From positions 2,432,001 to 2,496,000 of the forward strand of contig CBDFLE010000006.1 in assembly GCA_965248925.1 (NCBI GenBank): DNA of 64,000 bases, given 5' to 3'. This document shows, in pieces, positions 8,015 to 19,297 of this stretch. The translations under genes and the position numbers were made by a program. The notes below the pieces were generated by a model that worked only from the letters and a program-made list of their open reading frames with translations, was not told the DNA's origin and did not search any database. Source of the DNA: Candidatus Multivoradales bacterium. GTDB taxonomy: Bacteria; Acidobacteriota; Thermoanaerobaculia; Multivoradales; J023. How positions within the stretch are numbered: position 1 is the stretch's first letter; each line of letters opens with the position of its first letter.

Positions 8015-11000
8015 ATGCGAATTAGACCTCTCAGCCTCATCCTTCTCGGCCTCTGCATCGCCCTGCCGCTGACCGCACAACTCCCCCCAAGCCATCAGCG
8101 CGGAGTGACCGCCGACACTGCCTACCAAATCGGCGACCTGGATCAGATAAATCTTTTCAACGGCAGCCTAACGGTATCTCTGCCGATCGGAATCACCTAC
8201 CCCGTCGGCCCGTCGCTGAGCTTCAGCCTGACCGCCTCGTACAGCTCCGGTGGCTGGGAGTACGATGAGAATCACCAATGTCAAGACATCAATCCACCCT
8301 TCGCGCTGCGTACCTACAGCCTGCCGATCCAGGATCTCAAGACGCAGGCCGGCTTCGGCTGGAGAGTCAGCCTCGGAGAGCTGATCGCACCACGTAACAG
8401 TCCGACGACAACGCCTGAGATTTACGTCGATCCAAGTGGCGGCGAGCACAGGTTTTATACCGAGCTGCATCCCGGCGGTTTTCCAGCGACACCGCAGCCC
8501 AGCACCTGGTTCACCAACGACAGTACCTATTTGCGTCTACGCAAGCGCAATCCGGGGGTGTGCGAGCTGCCGTCTGGCACCTTTGTCGATCAGAGCTGCT
8601 ACACGGTAGAATTTTCTGGCGGCGAGTTGCATGAGTTCCATAACTACGCCTCCGTCGGCGATCTCTGGCGCCTGACTCGGATGGAGGATCGCTTCGGCAA
8701 TTGGATCAATGTGCGCTATGCCAACGATGGCGACTGGACATTGACCGACAGCCAAGGGCGCACTCACACGGTGGACTTTGTCGGTGGCAGAGTCGCCACC
8801 GTGAGGCTCGAAGCCTTCGGCAGCCAAAGCAACTCGACCTTCCTCTTTCAGTACCGCACCGAGACCCTCGAACGGCAGTTCGGTTTCCGCCCCGGCTGCG
8901 TGCCGATAGCCGAGCACACCCTCACCACCCAGGTGCTCGACCGGGTGGTGTTGCCCGATGGTTCGTTCTACGAGATGGACTACCTGACCGTCGACAACCT
9001 GCTCTCGGGCGGCTTGTCGAAGCTGCGCCTGCCCACCGGCGGCGCCTACGGCTACGACTACCAGCTCTTCCCCTTCCAGACCCAGCTGGCCGACCTCTTC
9101 CACGCTCCCGATTGGGGCACGGTGGCGCGGGGAGTCAAGAGCAAGCATCTCTTCCTCGACGACGGCGACACCACCCCCTACGCCACCTGGAGCTACACCT
9201 ACGACACCGCAAATCCGCAAGCCCCCGGCGATCCGCTGGGCCACCCCTGCTTCCACTCGATGAAAGTGACTGATCCGCTGGGCTTCGAGACGGTGAGCTA
9301 TTTCTCCACCGTTGGCGCCAACAATCGCTGGTCCTACGGCCTGCCCTACACCTACTGCGATCCCATCAGTGGCAGCTTCTCAGAAGCCGGCCCCTTCCTT
9401 TCCCAAGAACTCTTCAACGCTGGCGGAACCAAGCTCCGCTCGATCTTCGTTGAGTTCGACAGCGATGGCCGCGACGCCGGCAACTACAACGAGAAGGCCC
9501 ACCGCTTGCGCTATCGCAAGGAGACCTTCCACGACGACGGCGGCAAGTTCCGCGAAGTCACCTTCTCGGACTTCGATGGCCTGGGCCACTTCCGCACCAT
9601 GACCACCGGCGGCAACTTCGGCGCTGCTGACGTCCGCACCAGCAGCACCACCTACAACGCCAACAGCGGCACCTACATCATCGCCAACCCCGACGACAGC
9701 TCGATTGATCCGGCAACCGATTTCGTGCTGCCAAGCCACAACGCACGCTGGATCTTGGAGACCTGGGACGAGCAGTCGGTGAGCGAAGGCGGGACCACCG
9801 AGAAAGCCGAGTTCTGCTTCAGTAGCACCACCGGCTTCCTCGAACGCCGCCGCCAGCTGGCTGGCAGCAGCCGTCAGAGCCGCGACGTGGTGAGCCTCCT
9901 CACCTCGACCGACGGCTTCGTCACCGGCGAGCGGGTCTATGGCGGCGACACCCAGAACCTCGGCACCGGCTCCTTGTGCGGCCTCGGCTTGTCCGGCCCT
10001 ACTTACCGCACCGACCACGTCTACGCCAGCGGCAGCCTGCGCAAGTCGACGGCGGTGGACTGCACAGGCACCGCGATCCTCACCCTGGCCGACTACGACA
10101 TCGACTCAGACACCGGCCTGGTGGCCACCAGCCGCGACGCGGCCGGCCTGGGCACCAGCTTCACTTACGATCGCTTGGGCCGCTTGACCGGCCAGCGCCC
10201 GGCCGAGCTGGGCTGGACCCAGTGGACCTACACCCTGCCCACCACCGCCAACCCCAGTCTTGCGCCCAAGCTCACCGAGCAACAGTGCCAGCCCTTCCAG
10301 ACCTCCTGCAGCGGCACCGATCTGATGAGCTTCCGCGAGCACCGCTACGACGGCCTCGGCCGGCGGCTGCAACAGACCGTGCGCATCCCCGTCGCCAACG
10401 CTGGCCAGACCGAGCTCTGGCATCGCTACACAACCTGGAACCCCCGTCACTGGAAGACGGACGAGTCGGTGTGGACCACCGCCTCCGCGGCCGGCGAGAG
10501 CCGGCGCACGACCTACATCGCCTACGATCGCTTCGGCCGCCCCGGCCGGGTCAAGCCGCCAGAACAGCCGGCGACCTTCTTCACCTACCAAGGCGACCGG
10601 GTGCAGACCCGGCGCTTCAAAGTGCAGCTGACCAGTGGCCAGCAAGACACCCACGTCACCGAGATCATGGACGGCCAGGGCCGTCTGGCCGAGGTCTGCG
10701 AGGGCAGTTCCGCCCCCTGGTCAGGGAGCTGTGGCGGTGGCGGTCTGCTGACTCGCTACTCATATGACGATGGTGGCAGACTGACCAAAGTGTGCCAGAA
10801 CCTCGCCGGCTCGACCTGCGGCCAGACCCGCTTGTTCGACTATGACGGTCGCGGCTTCCTACTCTCCGAGACCCATCCCGAGATCGGCCCCTCGGGCAAT
10901 GGCCGCAGCGATTACCGCTATGACGCCGGCGGCAACGCCACCTCCAAAGATCTGATCGGCAGCACCGCCTTCGATCTGAGCTTCGATTTCGACGCCGCCG

Positions 11001-13033
11001 GCCGACTGATCAGAGTCCTCGAATCGAGCAATGGCGTGGGGAGCACCCCGCGCTTGCAGAAGCAGTTCCGCTACGCCCGCGCCAACTCTGGCAGCGACCA
11101 CCGGGCCGGCAAGCTGGTGCAGACCGTGCGCCACAACTGGGTCGACATCCAGAGTCCCCTGGCCCCCGAGCCCGGCTTCCTCGACGTCAAGCTCTCCGAG
11201 AGCTTCCGCTACACCGGTCGTCAGGGGCTGATGTCGGAGAAGCAGACCCGCTACCAATTCTTCGCCGGCAACTACGCCTTCACCACCGGTTTCGTCTATG
11301 ACACCCAGGGCAATTTGTCGCAACTCGACTACCCCAGCTGCCAACACGCCGACGGCGGCTGCGCCACCAACGATCCACAGCGCACAGTGAATTTCAACTA
11401 CGAGAAGGGTATGCTCAGGTCCGTGCCTGGCTTCGCCAACAACCTCACCTACCAGAGCGGTGGCATGCTGCACCAGCTCACCCACGGCGATGGTGTGGTC
11501 GACACCCAGGAAATCAGCAGCTCCAACGGCCTCGCCCGGCCGCATCAGCTGACCACCTCCGCGGGCTGGAGCACCGACATCTTTTCCTACGACGGAGCCG
11601 GCAACATCTCGGCCATCGGCAACTTGGCCTACCGTTATGACCGCCTCGGCAGATTAATCTCTGGCCAGACCTCGGTCGGTGCCACCCTCTTCACCCAGAC
11701 CGCGAGCTACGACAATTTCGGCAATATCCAGCAGCTGTCGACGCCAGGTTTCTCAGCTCTCAACCTCAACCCCAGCGCCAGCACCAACCGCCTCGGCCTC
11801 TCAGGCGCCCAGTACGACGCTGCCGGCAACCTGACCGACATCACGATCGGCAGCGAGAGCTTCGACTACGCCTTCGATGGCGCCAACATGATGAAGCACT
11901 TGCGCTCGAACACCGATCAAGCGCGGGTCTACATCTACAACGCCAGCGACGAGCGGATCCTCACCTTCGACTGCTTCGGCGCCGGCGCGACCAGCACCTG
12001 CACCACCCAGCCCGCCAGTCTCACCTGGACCCTGCGCGGGCTCGGCAACGAAGTCCTGCGAGTCTACGATCAGCCGGCTGGCGGCGCCTTCAGCTGGAGT
12101 CGAGACTACGTTCATCGCGGCGGGCAGCCGCTAGCCACCATCGAGCCCAATGGCAGCGGCGGCGAGATGACGTCGCATCTCCACCTTGATCATTTGGGTA
12201 CGCCAAGGCAGATCACTCGTGGTAGCCAACAAGTGGCGTTGCACAACTACTACCCGTTTGGTCAGGAGGCGACCAGCGCGGCCCAGGACGAGGTCGTGCT
12301 GAAGTTTACCGGGCATGAGAGGGATAAGACCGGCACAGGCAGCCGTAGCGAGTTGGACTACATGCATGCTCGGCATTGTAGCCCGGTGGTGGGGCGATTC
12401 TTGAGTGTCGATCCGGCGAAATCTTCTGCGAAGGTGATGCCGCAGAGTTGGAACCGGTATAGCTATTCCTTGAACAGCCCTCTGAAATACTACGACCCGG
12501 ACGGACAAGTTCTTAGACTTGCTTCAGACACGAAGACCCAAAAGAAGGTGCTCCCGATGTTGATTGAAACCATGAGAAGACCTGGCGGCCGAGCATCGCT
12601 CGGGGGGCTTGCCAAGTCGGACATCGTTTTTATGATAGCGAATGAGGCGCTAAATAGACCAGTCGACATTATGAGCGTAAAAAGAGGAGGCTCAAGCAGA
12701 ATAACATTTGGCAAAAACAAGAACTTGAAAGTGAAGGACGGCAGGATTGTAAGCATTGACATCGTGCTTGACACTGCTGCAATTTCGGTTCATCCAGTCG
12801 CTACTAATGGAGTAGCTACCGTGGCGCATGAAGGGTCTCACGGGAACAGTATCGCCAGCGCTCAGGCTAGAGGGATTAGCCCGTATAGCGCATGGGCAGC
12901 AGGCGTCAATGGGGACAAGCCGAAAAGCGCCACTGGCCCGGCAGCTCAGGACGGGGCCGCAGTTGCTGCTGAGAGACGGGACCTTACTGCCGTAGAGGCA
13001 GAAGCCCTTCTAATGCAAATCATTCTTCCATAA
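8015..13033 (+). CDS. Rhs/YD-repeat polymorphic toxin with N-terminal signal peptide and C-terminal HExxH metallopeptidase-like domain
   Basis: MRIRPLSLILLGLCIALPLTAQ signal; YD repeats; core HLDHLGTPR..NYYPFG..KFTGHERD..LDYMHAR..GRFLSVDP..NSPLKYYDPDG; tip contains VAHEGSH; GC drops after DPDG. Confidence 0.93.
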   Translation: MRIRPLSLILLGLCIALPLTAQLPPSHQRGVTADTAYQIGDLDQINLFNGSLTVSLPIGITYPVGPSLSFSLTASYSSGGWEYDENHQCQDINPPFALRTYSLPIQDLKTQAGFGWRVSLGELIAPRNSPTTTPEIYVDPSGGEHRFYTELHPGGFPATPQPSTWFTNDSTYLRLRKRNPGVCELPSGTFVDQSCYTVEFSGGELHEFHNYASVGDLWRLTRMEDRFGNWINVRYANDGDWTLTDSQGRTHTVDFVGGRVATVRLEAFGSQSNSTFLFQYRTETLERQFGFRPGCVPIAEHTLTTQVLDRVVLPDGSFYEMDYLTVDNLLSGGLSKLRLPTGGAYGYDYQLFPFQTQLADLFHAPDWGTVARGVKSKHLFLDDGDTTPYATWSYTYDTANPQAPGDPLGHPCFHSMKVTDPLGFETVSYFSTVGANNRWSYGLPYTYCDPISGSFSEAGPFLSQELFNAGGTKLRSIFVEFDSDGRDAGNYNEKAHRLRYRKETFHDDGGKFREVTFSDFDGLGHFRTMTTGGNFGAADVRTSSTTYNANSGTYIIANPDDSSIDPATDFVLPSHNARWILETWDEQSVSEGGTTEKAEFCFSSTTGFLERRRQLAGSSRQSRDVVSLLTSTDGFVTGERVYGGDTQNLGTGSLCGLGLSGPTYRTDHVYASGSLRKSTAVDCTGTAILTLADYDIDSDTGLVATSRDAAGLGTSFTYDRLGRLTGQRPAELGWTQWTYTLPTTANPSLAPKLTEQQCQPFQTSCSGTDLMSFREHRYDGLGRRLQQTVRIPVANAGQTELWHRYTTWNPRHWKTDESVWTTASAAGESRRTTYIAYDRFGRPGRVKPPEQPATFFTYQGDRVQTRRFKVQLTSGQQDTHVTEIMDGQGRLAEVCEGSSAPWSGSCGGGGLLTRYSYDDGGRLTKVCQNLAGSTCGQTRLFDYDGRGFLLSETHPEIGPSGNGRSDYRYDAGGNATSKDLIGSTAFDLSFDFDAAGRLIRVLESSNGVGSTPRLQKQFRYARANSGSDHRAGKLVQTVRHNWVDIQSPLAPEPGFLDVKLSESFRYTGRQGLMSEKQTRYQFFAGNYAFTTGFVYDTQGNLSQLDYPSCQHADGGCATNDPQRTVNFNYEKGMLRSVPGFANNLTYQSGGMLHQLTHGDGVVDTQEISSSNGLARPHQLTTSAGWSTDIFSYDGAGNISAIGNLAYRYDRLGRLISGQTSVGATLFTQTASYDNFGNIQQLSTPGFSALNLNPSASTNRLGLSGAQYDAAGNLTDITIGSESFDYAFDGANMMKHLRSNTDQARVYIYNASDERILTFDCFGAGATSTCTTQPASLTWTLRGLGNEVLRVYDQPAGGAFSWSRDYVHRGGQPLATIEPNGSGGEMTSHLHLDHLGTPRQITRGSQQVALHNYYPFGQEATSAAQDEVVLKFTGHERDKTGTGSRSELDYMHARHCSPVVGRFLSVDPAKSSAKVMPQSWNRYSYSLNSPLKYYDPDGQVLRLASDTKTQKKVLPMLIETMRRPGGRASLGGLAKSDIVFMIANEALNRPVDIMSVKRGGSSRITFGKNKNLKVKDGRIVSIDIVLDTAAISVHPVATNGVATVAHEGSHGNSIASAQARGISPYSAWAAGVNGDKPKSATGPAAQDGAAVAAERRDLTAVEAEALLMQIILP

Positions 13034-13059
13034 ACTGAGGCACAGGACCTGGGGTAAAC

Positions 13060-13671
13060 ATGAGTGATGAACTCTGTCGATTTCTTTCTGGCTCTGCAGT
13101 GCTCTTGCTTTGCTTGGCTTGCACAACAGATCGATATTCAACCAAAGCGAGAACGGCTGGCCGGGGGCCGCTCGAGATCTACCAGGAGCAAGATCATCCC
13201 TTGGGCGACGAGACGGCGTCCGTTAACGGGCCAAGGGCCGACTCTGAGCAAGGGAAAAACATTCAGGCGATTGGGCTCGAGCTCACGTCCTGCTATGGCT
13301 ATTGCCCAGAGTTCACGGCCCTCTTCTGCGCAGATGGTTCTGCGTGGTATTGCGGCAGAGCAAACACGAATCCTTTGGGGTGCCACTCTGGATCTGTGAC
13401 GTTAGACGAATATCGTATAGTTGCCGCTGCTATGGACGATATTGGATATTTTGAGATGAATCATACTTATGTTGCATTAGAGACCGACGAGTCTTCGGTG
13501 TTGGTGTTTGGTAAACGCTACAACAAGATAAAAATGATTCGAGACTACGCAGAGAGTGGTCCTCCCCGCCTGTGGTTGTTGGAATTCCTTCTCGGTGCGA
13601 TGGTCGATCGAATCCACTGGAGTCCGAGTGATGTCACAGGATTAGATTTGGAGCGTTGTTCTTCGCCGTAG
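13060..13671 (+). CDS. lipoprotein, putative cognate immunity (DUF6438-like)
   Basis: lipobox LLLCLAC; IGLELTSCYGYCPEFTALFCADGSAWYCG resembles DUF6438; directly after toxin; paralog at 19298. Confidence 0.75.
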   Translation: MSDELCRFLSGSAVLLLCLACTTDRYSTKARTAGRGPLEIYQEQDHPLGDETASVNGPRADSEQGKNIQAIGLELTSCYGYCPEFTALFCADGSAWYCGRANTNPLGCHSGSVTLDEYRIVAAAMDDIGYFEMNHTYVALETDESSVLVFGKRYNKIKMIRDYAESGPPRLWLLEFLLGAMVDRIHWSPSDVTGLDLERCSSP

Positions 13672-13980
13672 TTGGTTGGAACCGCTGGTGCTAGAGGCGG
13701 AGTCGATGGCGTGCCCGACTCTCGTGCCGTCAGACTACGACAGCGGGCTCAAAGCCCATAGGTGTATTCGGCCCGCCCCGAGGTGTTCGATCCTTCCAAC
13801 TCTTTGTTCTTGGCCGTGAGGCACCTCGTCCCTTACCTGGTCAAGACCAGGAGATCATAGGGCCCTCGGCCGATTCAACAGATGCAGGTCTCAGCGCACA
13901 ACCCGCCCGACGCCTCGAATCCCAGCTCAAAACGGAGTGAGAGCGGGCGCCTGTTTTCCTGTGGCCTTGGTTATACCTGG

Positions 13981-15366
13981 TACGACGATTTCGGCAACAT
14001 CCAGCAGCTATCAACACCCGGTTTCGCGGCTCTCAACCTCAACCCCAGCGCCACCACCAACCGCCTCGGCCTCTCAGGCGCTCGATACGACGCAGCCGGC
14101 AACTTGACCGACATCACAATCGGCAGCGAGAGCTTCGACTACGCCTTCGACGGCGCCACCATGATGAAGCATTTGCGCTCGAACACCGATCAAGCGCGGG
14201 TCTTCATCTACAACGCCAGCGACGAGCGGATCCTCACCTTCGACTGCTTCGGCCCCGGCGCCACCAGCACCTGCACCACCCAGCCCGCCAGCCTCACCTG
14301 GACCCTGCGTGGCTTACAGAACGAGGTTCTGCGAGTCTACGATCAGCCAGCTGGAGGTTCATTCGGCTGGACCCGAGACTATGTGCACCGAGGCGGCCAG
14401 ACGCTAGCCACCATCGAGCCCGACGGCAGCGGAGGTGAGCTGACTTCGCACCTGCACCTTGATCACCTGGGCACCCCCCTGCAGATCACGCGTGGTGGTC
14501 AGCAGGTGGCATTGCACAACTACTACCCCTTTGGTCAAGAGGCGACCAGCGCGGGGGCTGACGAGATTCAGCTGAAGTTTACCGGGCATGAGCGGGACAA
14601 GACGGGGACGGGAGTGAGGAGCGAGCTGGACTACATGCATGCTCGGTACTGTAGCCCGGTGCTAGGGCGGTTCCTGAGCGTTGATCCGGCGAAGTCTTCC
14701 GTTTTGACCCAGAGCACAACCTGGAACCGGTACTCCTACGTTTCCAACAATCCGCTGCGCTACAATGATCCTTCGGGTCTACGCCAGAACCCAGTAACTG
14801 GAAGAAAGGGAATCAGTCCAAGGCCCGCCAGCGCCGTTCTTGGGAGAATCAGGAGCAATGACAACAATCGCAGAGTTGGACTCTTTGGAATGACGCGCCA
14901 TTTCGCAGATGGGACAGAGAGATTTCACCCTGGCATCGACATCAATGCACCAGCCGGAACCCGGTTGTTTGCGGCAGAAGGGGGGACAGTCAGCCGTCGG
15001 CGAAATGCTCTCGCAGGTAACCAGATCGTAATCAAGACTTCTTCTGGAACCCAGTTGTTCTACTCTCATCTTGATAGCTTTGCGCCCGGACTGAAGAGCG
15101 GAGCAACAGTAGTTGAGGGTGAAATCATCGGAACAGCAGGGACCACAGGGAACGCAATGGGTATTCTGAGTCAAGAGGAGCATCTACACCTCACTGTTAA
15201 GAATCCAAAAGGCGTGAGGGTAGATCCGCTAATCTGGCTCAATGACCCTTTTGCAGCCGACCCCAGAATCCACTCAGAACCAGCATCCACACCATGTCAA
15301 TGCAGTTCAGGTCCGCCTAATGTTCCGGGTATGCTGATACAGCTCTATCTCAGAGGGCCATCGTGA
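13981..15366 (+). CDS. orphan Rhs-CT cassette 1: partial core + M23 peptidase toxin
   Basis: DNA homology to main Rhs from ~11708; after NDPSG: HPGIDINAP, YSHL, HLHL M23/LytM zinc motifs; no proper N-terminus. Confidence 0.87.
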   Translation, partial: YDDFGNIQQLSTPGFAALNLNPSATTNRLGLSGARYDAAGNLTDITIGSESFDYAFDGATMMKHLRSNTDQARVFIYNASDERILTFDCFGPGATSTCTTQPASLTWTLRGLQNEVLRVYDQPAGGSFGWTRDYVHRGGQTLATIEPDGSGGELTSHLHLDHLGTPLQITRGGQQVALHNYYPFGQEATSAGADEIQLKFTGHERDKTGTGVRSELDYMHARYCSPVLGRFLSVDPAKSSVLTQSTTWNRYSYVSNNPLRYNDPSGLRQNPVTGRKGISPRPASAVLGRIRSNDNNRRVGLFGMTRHFADGTERFHPGIDINAPAGTRLFAAEGGTVSRRRNALAGNQIVIKTSSGTQLFYSHLDSFAPGLKSGATVVEGEIIGTAGTTGNAMGILSQEEHLHLTVKNPKGVRVDPLIWLNDPFAADPRIHSEPASTPCQCSSGPPNVPGMLIQLYLRGPS

Positions 15367-15959
15367 ATCTTGTAATAGCAATCGTCCTTGCGTCCTTTAG
15401 TTGCTCGCAGCTCACGGGCAATTCGACCCTGCCAAACTTTCTGGAGATCGTTCAGCTCTCTGAGATGCTACTCGTTCCTCCCAATCGTCTGATCTTCGAA
15501 CTGGGCTCGCCGGAGGCGGTTTTCCTCGAAGGTGCAGACTCAGAAGGGCCACCAACACCTCAAGACGGTCTAGAGCTTCGCTACTCGATCATTCTCCGTG
15601 TTGGGAAACACTATCCGGCCACGGCGTGGTTTCACCTCGACGGACAATCTTTCCTTGTGAGGGGGATCCATCTTGATTTCCCTGGCGCAAAGCCCGAACT
15701 GGCGGAGCTGGAGCTGGCAGCTGGCGGCCCGAAGCGCCTAGTTGAGCACGTGGTGATCTGGGATGAGGGTGAGCTGGATGGGTGGTTAAGCAAATGCCAC
15801 CATTCCGGAGGCCCCATTCAAAGCTGGGTTTTTCAGGATCTTGGACTTCAAATTCGCCTAGAAGACAGTATTGGCTCAGAGAAGTCGGCCGTGGGAGGGA
15901 TCTCGTTCGTGGCGGAGATCAAGTCTGGCGATCGCAGCTTTCCACCGTGCAAAGAATAA
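15363..15959 (+). CDS. putative lipoprotein immunity to M23 toxin
   Basis: GTGA overlap with toxin stop; lipobox-like LASFSC; paralog at 25561. Confidence 0.75.
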   Translation: MNLVIAIVLASFSCSQLTGNSTLPNFLEIVQLSEMLLVPPNRLIFELGSPEAVFLEGADSEGPPTPQDGLELRYSIILRVGKHYPATAWFHLDGQSFLVRGIHLDFPGAKPELAELELAAGGPKRLVEHVVIWDEGELDGWLSKCHHSGGPIQSWVFQDLGLQIRLEDSIGSEKSAVGGISFVAEIKSGDRSFPPCKE

Positions 15960-16044
15960 TCGATTTTTTCCCATCTGCTAGCCACTACGGGGCCCAGCAG
16001 TACCGGTGGCGAAAAGATTTCCCTCTTGATGTAGTTGCTTGTAC

Positions 16045-17935
16045 CGACATTCAGAATCCCCTGGCCCCCGAGCCCGGCTCCCTCGATGTCAAACTCTCCG
16101 AGAGCTTCCGCTACACCGGTCGCCAGGGGCTGATGTCGGAGAAGCAGACTCGCTACCAATTCTTCGCCGGCAACTACGCCTTCACCACCGGCTTCGCCTT
16201 CGACACCCAGGGCAATCTGTCACAGCTCGATTACCCCAGCTGTCAGCACGCCGACGGTGGCTGCGCCACCAACGATCCGCAGCGCACGGTGAATTTCAAC
16301 TACGAGAAGGGTATGCTGAGGTCCGTGCCTGGATTCGCCAACAACCTCACCTACCAGAGCGGTGGCATGCTGCACCAGCTCACCCACGGCGATGGTGTGG
16401 TCGACACCCAAGAAGTCAGCAGCTCCAACGGCCTCGCCCGGCCGCACCAGCTGACCACCTCCGCGGGCTGGAGCACCGACATCTTTTCCTACGACGGAGC
16501 CGGCAACATCTCGGCCATCGGCAACTTGGCCTACCGTTATGACCGCCTCGGCAGATTAATCTCTGGCCAGACCTCGGTCGGTGCCACCCTCTTCACCCAG
16601 ACCGCGAGCTTCGACAATTTCGGCAATATCCAGCAGCTGTCGACGCCAGGTTTCTCAGCTCTCAACCTCAACCCCAGCGCCACCACTAACCGCCTCGGCC
16701 TCTCAGGCGCCCAGTACGACGCTGCCGGCAATCTGACCGACATCACAATCGGCAGCGAGAGCTTCGATTATGCCTTCGACGGTGCCAACATGATGAAGCA
16801 CCTGCGCTCGAACACCGATCAAGCACGGGTCTACATCTACAACGCAGAGGACGAGCGGATCCTCACCTTCGACTGCTTCGGCCCCGGCGCCACCAGCACC
16901 TGCACCACCCAACCAGCCAGCCTCACCTGGACTTTGCGCGGGCTCGGCAACGAGGTCCTGCGGGTCTACGATCAGCCAGCTGGCGGCGCCTTCAGCTGGA
17001 GCCGAGATTATGTGCACCGAGGCGGCCAGCCGCTAGCCACCATCGAGCCCGATGGCAGCGGAGGTGAGCTGACGTCGCACCTGCACCTTGATCATTTGGG
17101 TACACCTCGGCAGATCACCCGAGGCGGACAGCAGGTGGCGCTCCACAACTACTACCCGTTTGGTCAGGAAGCGACCAGCGCGGGTGCTGACGAGATCCAG
17201 CTGAAATTCACTGGTCATGAGCGGGACAAGACCGGGACCGGGGCAAGGAGCGAGCTGGACTACATGCATGCGCGGCATTGCAGCCCGGTAGTAGGGAGGT
17301 TCCTGAGTGTTGATCCAGTAGTTGGAGCTACACGGCAACCTCAGTCCTGGAACCGCTATGCCTACGTGACTAACAATCCGCTGAACCTCGTCGACCCTAA
17401 CGGTCTCGAAGCCAAATGCGTTACAACTACCCACGAAGATGGTTCTCAGGATATCGTCTGCGGCGAAAGGATTGAGGTGGTCGATGGCACGGTGGAAGAG
17501 GTCGACTCGGAAGAGCCTGCCCAGGGTTTTCCGACCCTTGTTGCATTTATCGAAGTTGCCAGTCTCCCTGCCGTTACACCCCTCTCAACTCGAGATCGAA
17601 TTCTGAGTTCTGTGCCGATTGATGGTATGGACTATGCTCGCTGTGTTCGCAAGAATAGGGCTAAACCAGTAGCAGCTCTCGTTGCCCTGGGCTCCGGAGT
17701 ACCAAAGCGCTTGGTTCCGCCGTTTCGCGTTCCAAATCCCAAGCAACCTTTGACCAATCCTGCCAGGGCCTTCGTGGGCTCTCCAATTAAGCGAGCATTC
17801 CCCAGTTCACCACTTGCCAGAAGAGTCTCTGGAAGGATCAGGATCGGCGGCAGGTTCGTTTCCAGGATCGCCACGCCCTTAACTCTCGCAGAGGGCTACT
17901 ACGACATTGCAGTCTTGGGCGCCTGCTCGTTTTGA
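16045..17935 (+). CDS. orphan Rhs-CT cassette 2: partial core + unknown toxin tip
   Basis: homology to main Rhs from 11143; core ends NNPLNLVDPNG; tip is acidic then basic/hydrophobic. Confidence 0.85.
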
Positions 17936-17960
17936 CATACAAGAACTGAGGAGAATTCCT

Positions 17961-18401
17961 GTGAACTCGTGGACGGCAACAGATTTCTTGCTTCTGGGCA
18001 TAGCTCTGGCGGCACTTGGAAAAGTATACGAAAAGGTGCGGTCGAAGAAACTCCCCGTTGTAACAGAGGATGATTTTCTGGCACACTTTCAAGGCAGCCT
18101 GGCCCAGGAACATACAGCCAATATTCTTCGAGAAAGGAGAAACATTGCGCGAACACTCGGCGTTCCCGTAGAACGACTTTCCCCCACGGCAACTTTCTCA
18201 AGCATCATAAAGAGAGTGAATTATCTTGGAAGCGCAAATCTCGCATATTCCGACTTGGTAGAGGACTTGCAGGATAATCTAATACAAGCTAACATCGATA
18301 TAGATCCCAGCGAGTTGGAAACTGTTGGGGCGTTCATTCAGGCGACTATCCAATCATTGGCGCGAGCGTCCAAGAGCGGAGCTGTTCAGGTGCCACCCTA
18401 G
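17961..18401 (+). CDS. putative immunity protein, N-terminal TM + acyl-carrier-protein-like domain
   Basis: GAGGAG RBS, GTG start; FLLLGIALAALG TM; IARTLGVPVERLSPTATF..LETVGAFIQA resembles ACP helices. Confidence 0.65.
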   Translation: MNSWTATDFLLLGIALAALGKVYEKVRSKKLPVVTEDDFLAHFQGSLAQEHTANILRERRNIARTLGVPVERLSPTATFSSIIKRVNYLGSANLAYSDLVEDLQDNLIQANIDIDPSELETVGAFIQATIQSLARASKSGAVQVPP

Positions 18402-18434
18402 TCGAATCACATATCTTCAGTAGCTTACGCCACG

Positions 18435-19282
18435 TTGATCATTCGGGCACACCGCGGCAGATCACCCGAGGTGGACAGCAGGTGGCGTTGCACAACTACT
18501 ACCCGTTTGGTCAAGAAGCCACCAGCGCCGGGCAAGATGAGGTCGGGCTGAAGTTCACTGGGCATGAGCGGGACAAGACCGGGACTGGGGTGCGGAGTGA
18601 GCTGGATTACATGCATGCTCGGCATTGCAGCCCGGTGGTGGGGCGGTTCGTGAGTGTGGATCCGGCGAGATCGGCAGAATCCAGGGCGCCACAAAGTTGG
18701 AATCGATATAGCTACGGGCTGAATAGCCCTCTCAAGTATACTGATCCAGATGGCCGGGTTCTGAAGATAGCAAAGGACAGCAAGACGCAAAGGCGCATCG
18801 TCCCTGTGCTCGTGAGAACACTGAGAAGACCCTCGGGCCGTAAACTTGTCTCGGATCTCGCGAAGTCCGATATAGTCTTCACATTTTCTGAAGGTAAATT
18901 GAATAAGCCCGTGGACATCATCAGTTTTAGAAGAGGCCGGGCCGGCTCACTACGATTCGGTGTCAATCAGAACATGAAGCATAGCAATGGGAGGATCGTG
19001 AGCATCGATATTGTCCTGGATTCAGCGGCTATATCTGCGCATCCTATCGACACGACAGGCGTGACCACTGCAGCTCATGAATCATCTCACGGGAGCAGTA
19101 TTGCTGCCGGCCAAGCCAGTGGGTTAGTTTGGCACAAAGCCTGGGCCGAGGGGGTCAGAGGTGATCAGCCCGACAGCGCAACCGGACCAGCATCCCAAGA
19201 AGCGGCATCAGTGTTAAACGAACGTCGGGATATCAGCGCCAAGGATGCGAAGGCACTTTTGATGCAGTTCCTAACGCCGTAG
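18435..19282 (+). CDS. orphan Rhs-CT cassette 3: short core + HExxH peptidase tip paralogous to main toxin
   Basis: NSPLKYTDPDG then alignable tip (LAKSDIVF, GRIVSIDIVLD, AAHESSHG, SATGPA). Confidence 0.87.
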
Positions 19283-19297
19283 CAGAAAGGAGGAGAG

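Noticed and set aside
13882-16044. N-terminal extensions of orphan ORFs (13882, 15782; likewise 24116)
   Set aside because: Open-frame run-ins upstream of the homology breakpoints, one overlapping an immunity gene; unlikely to be real N-termini.
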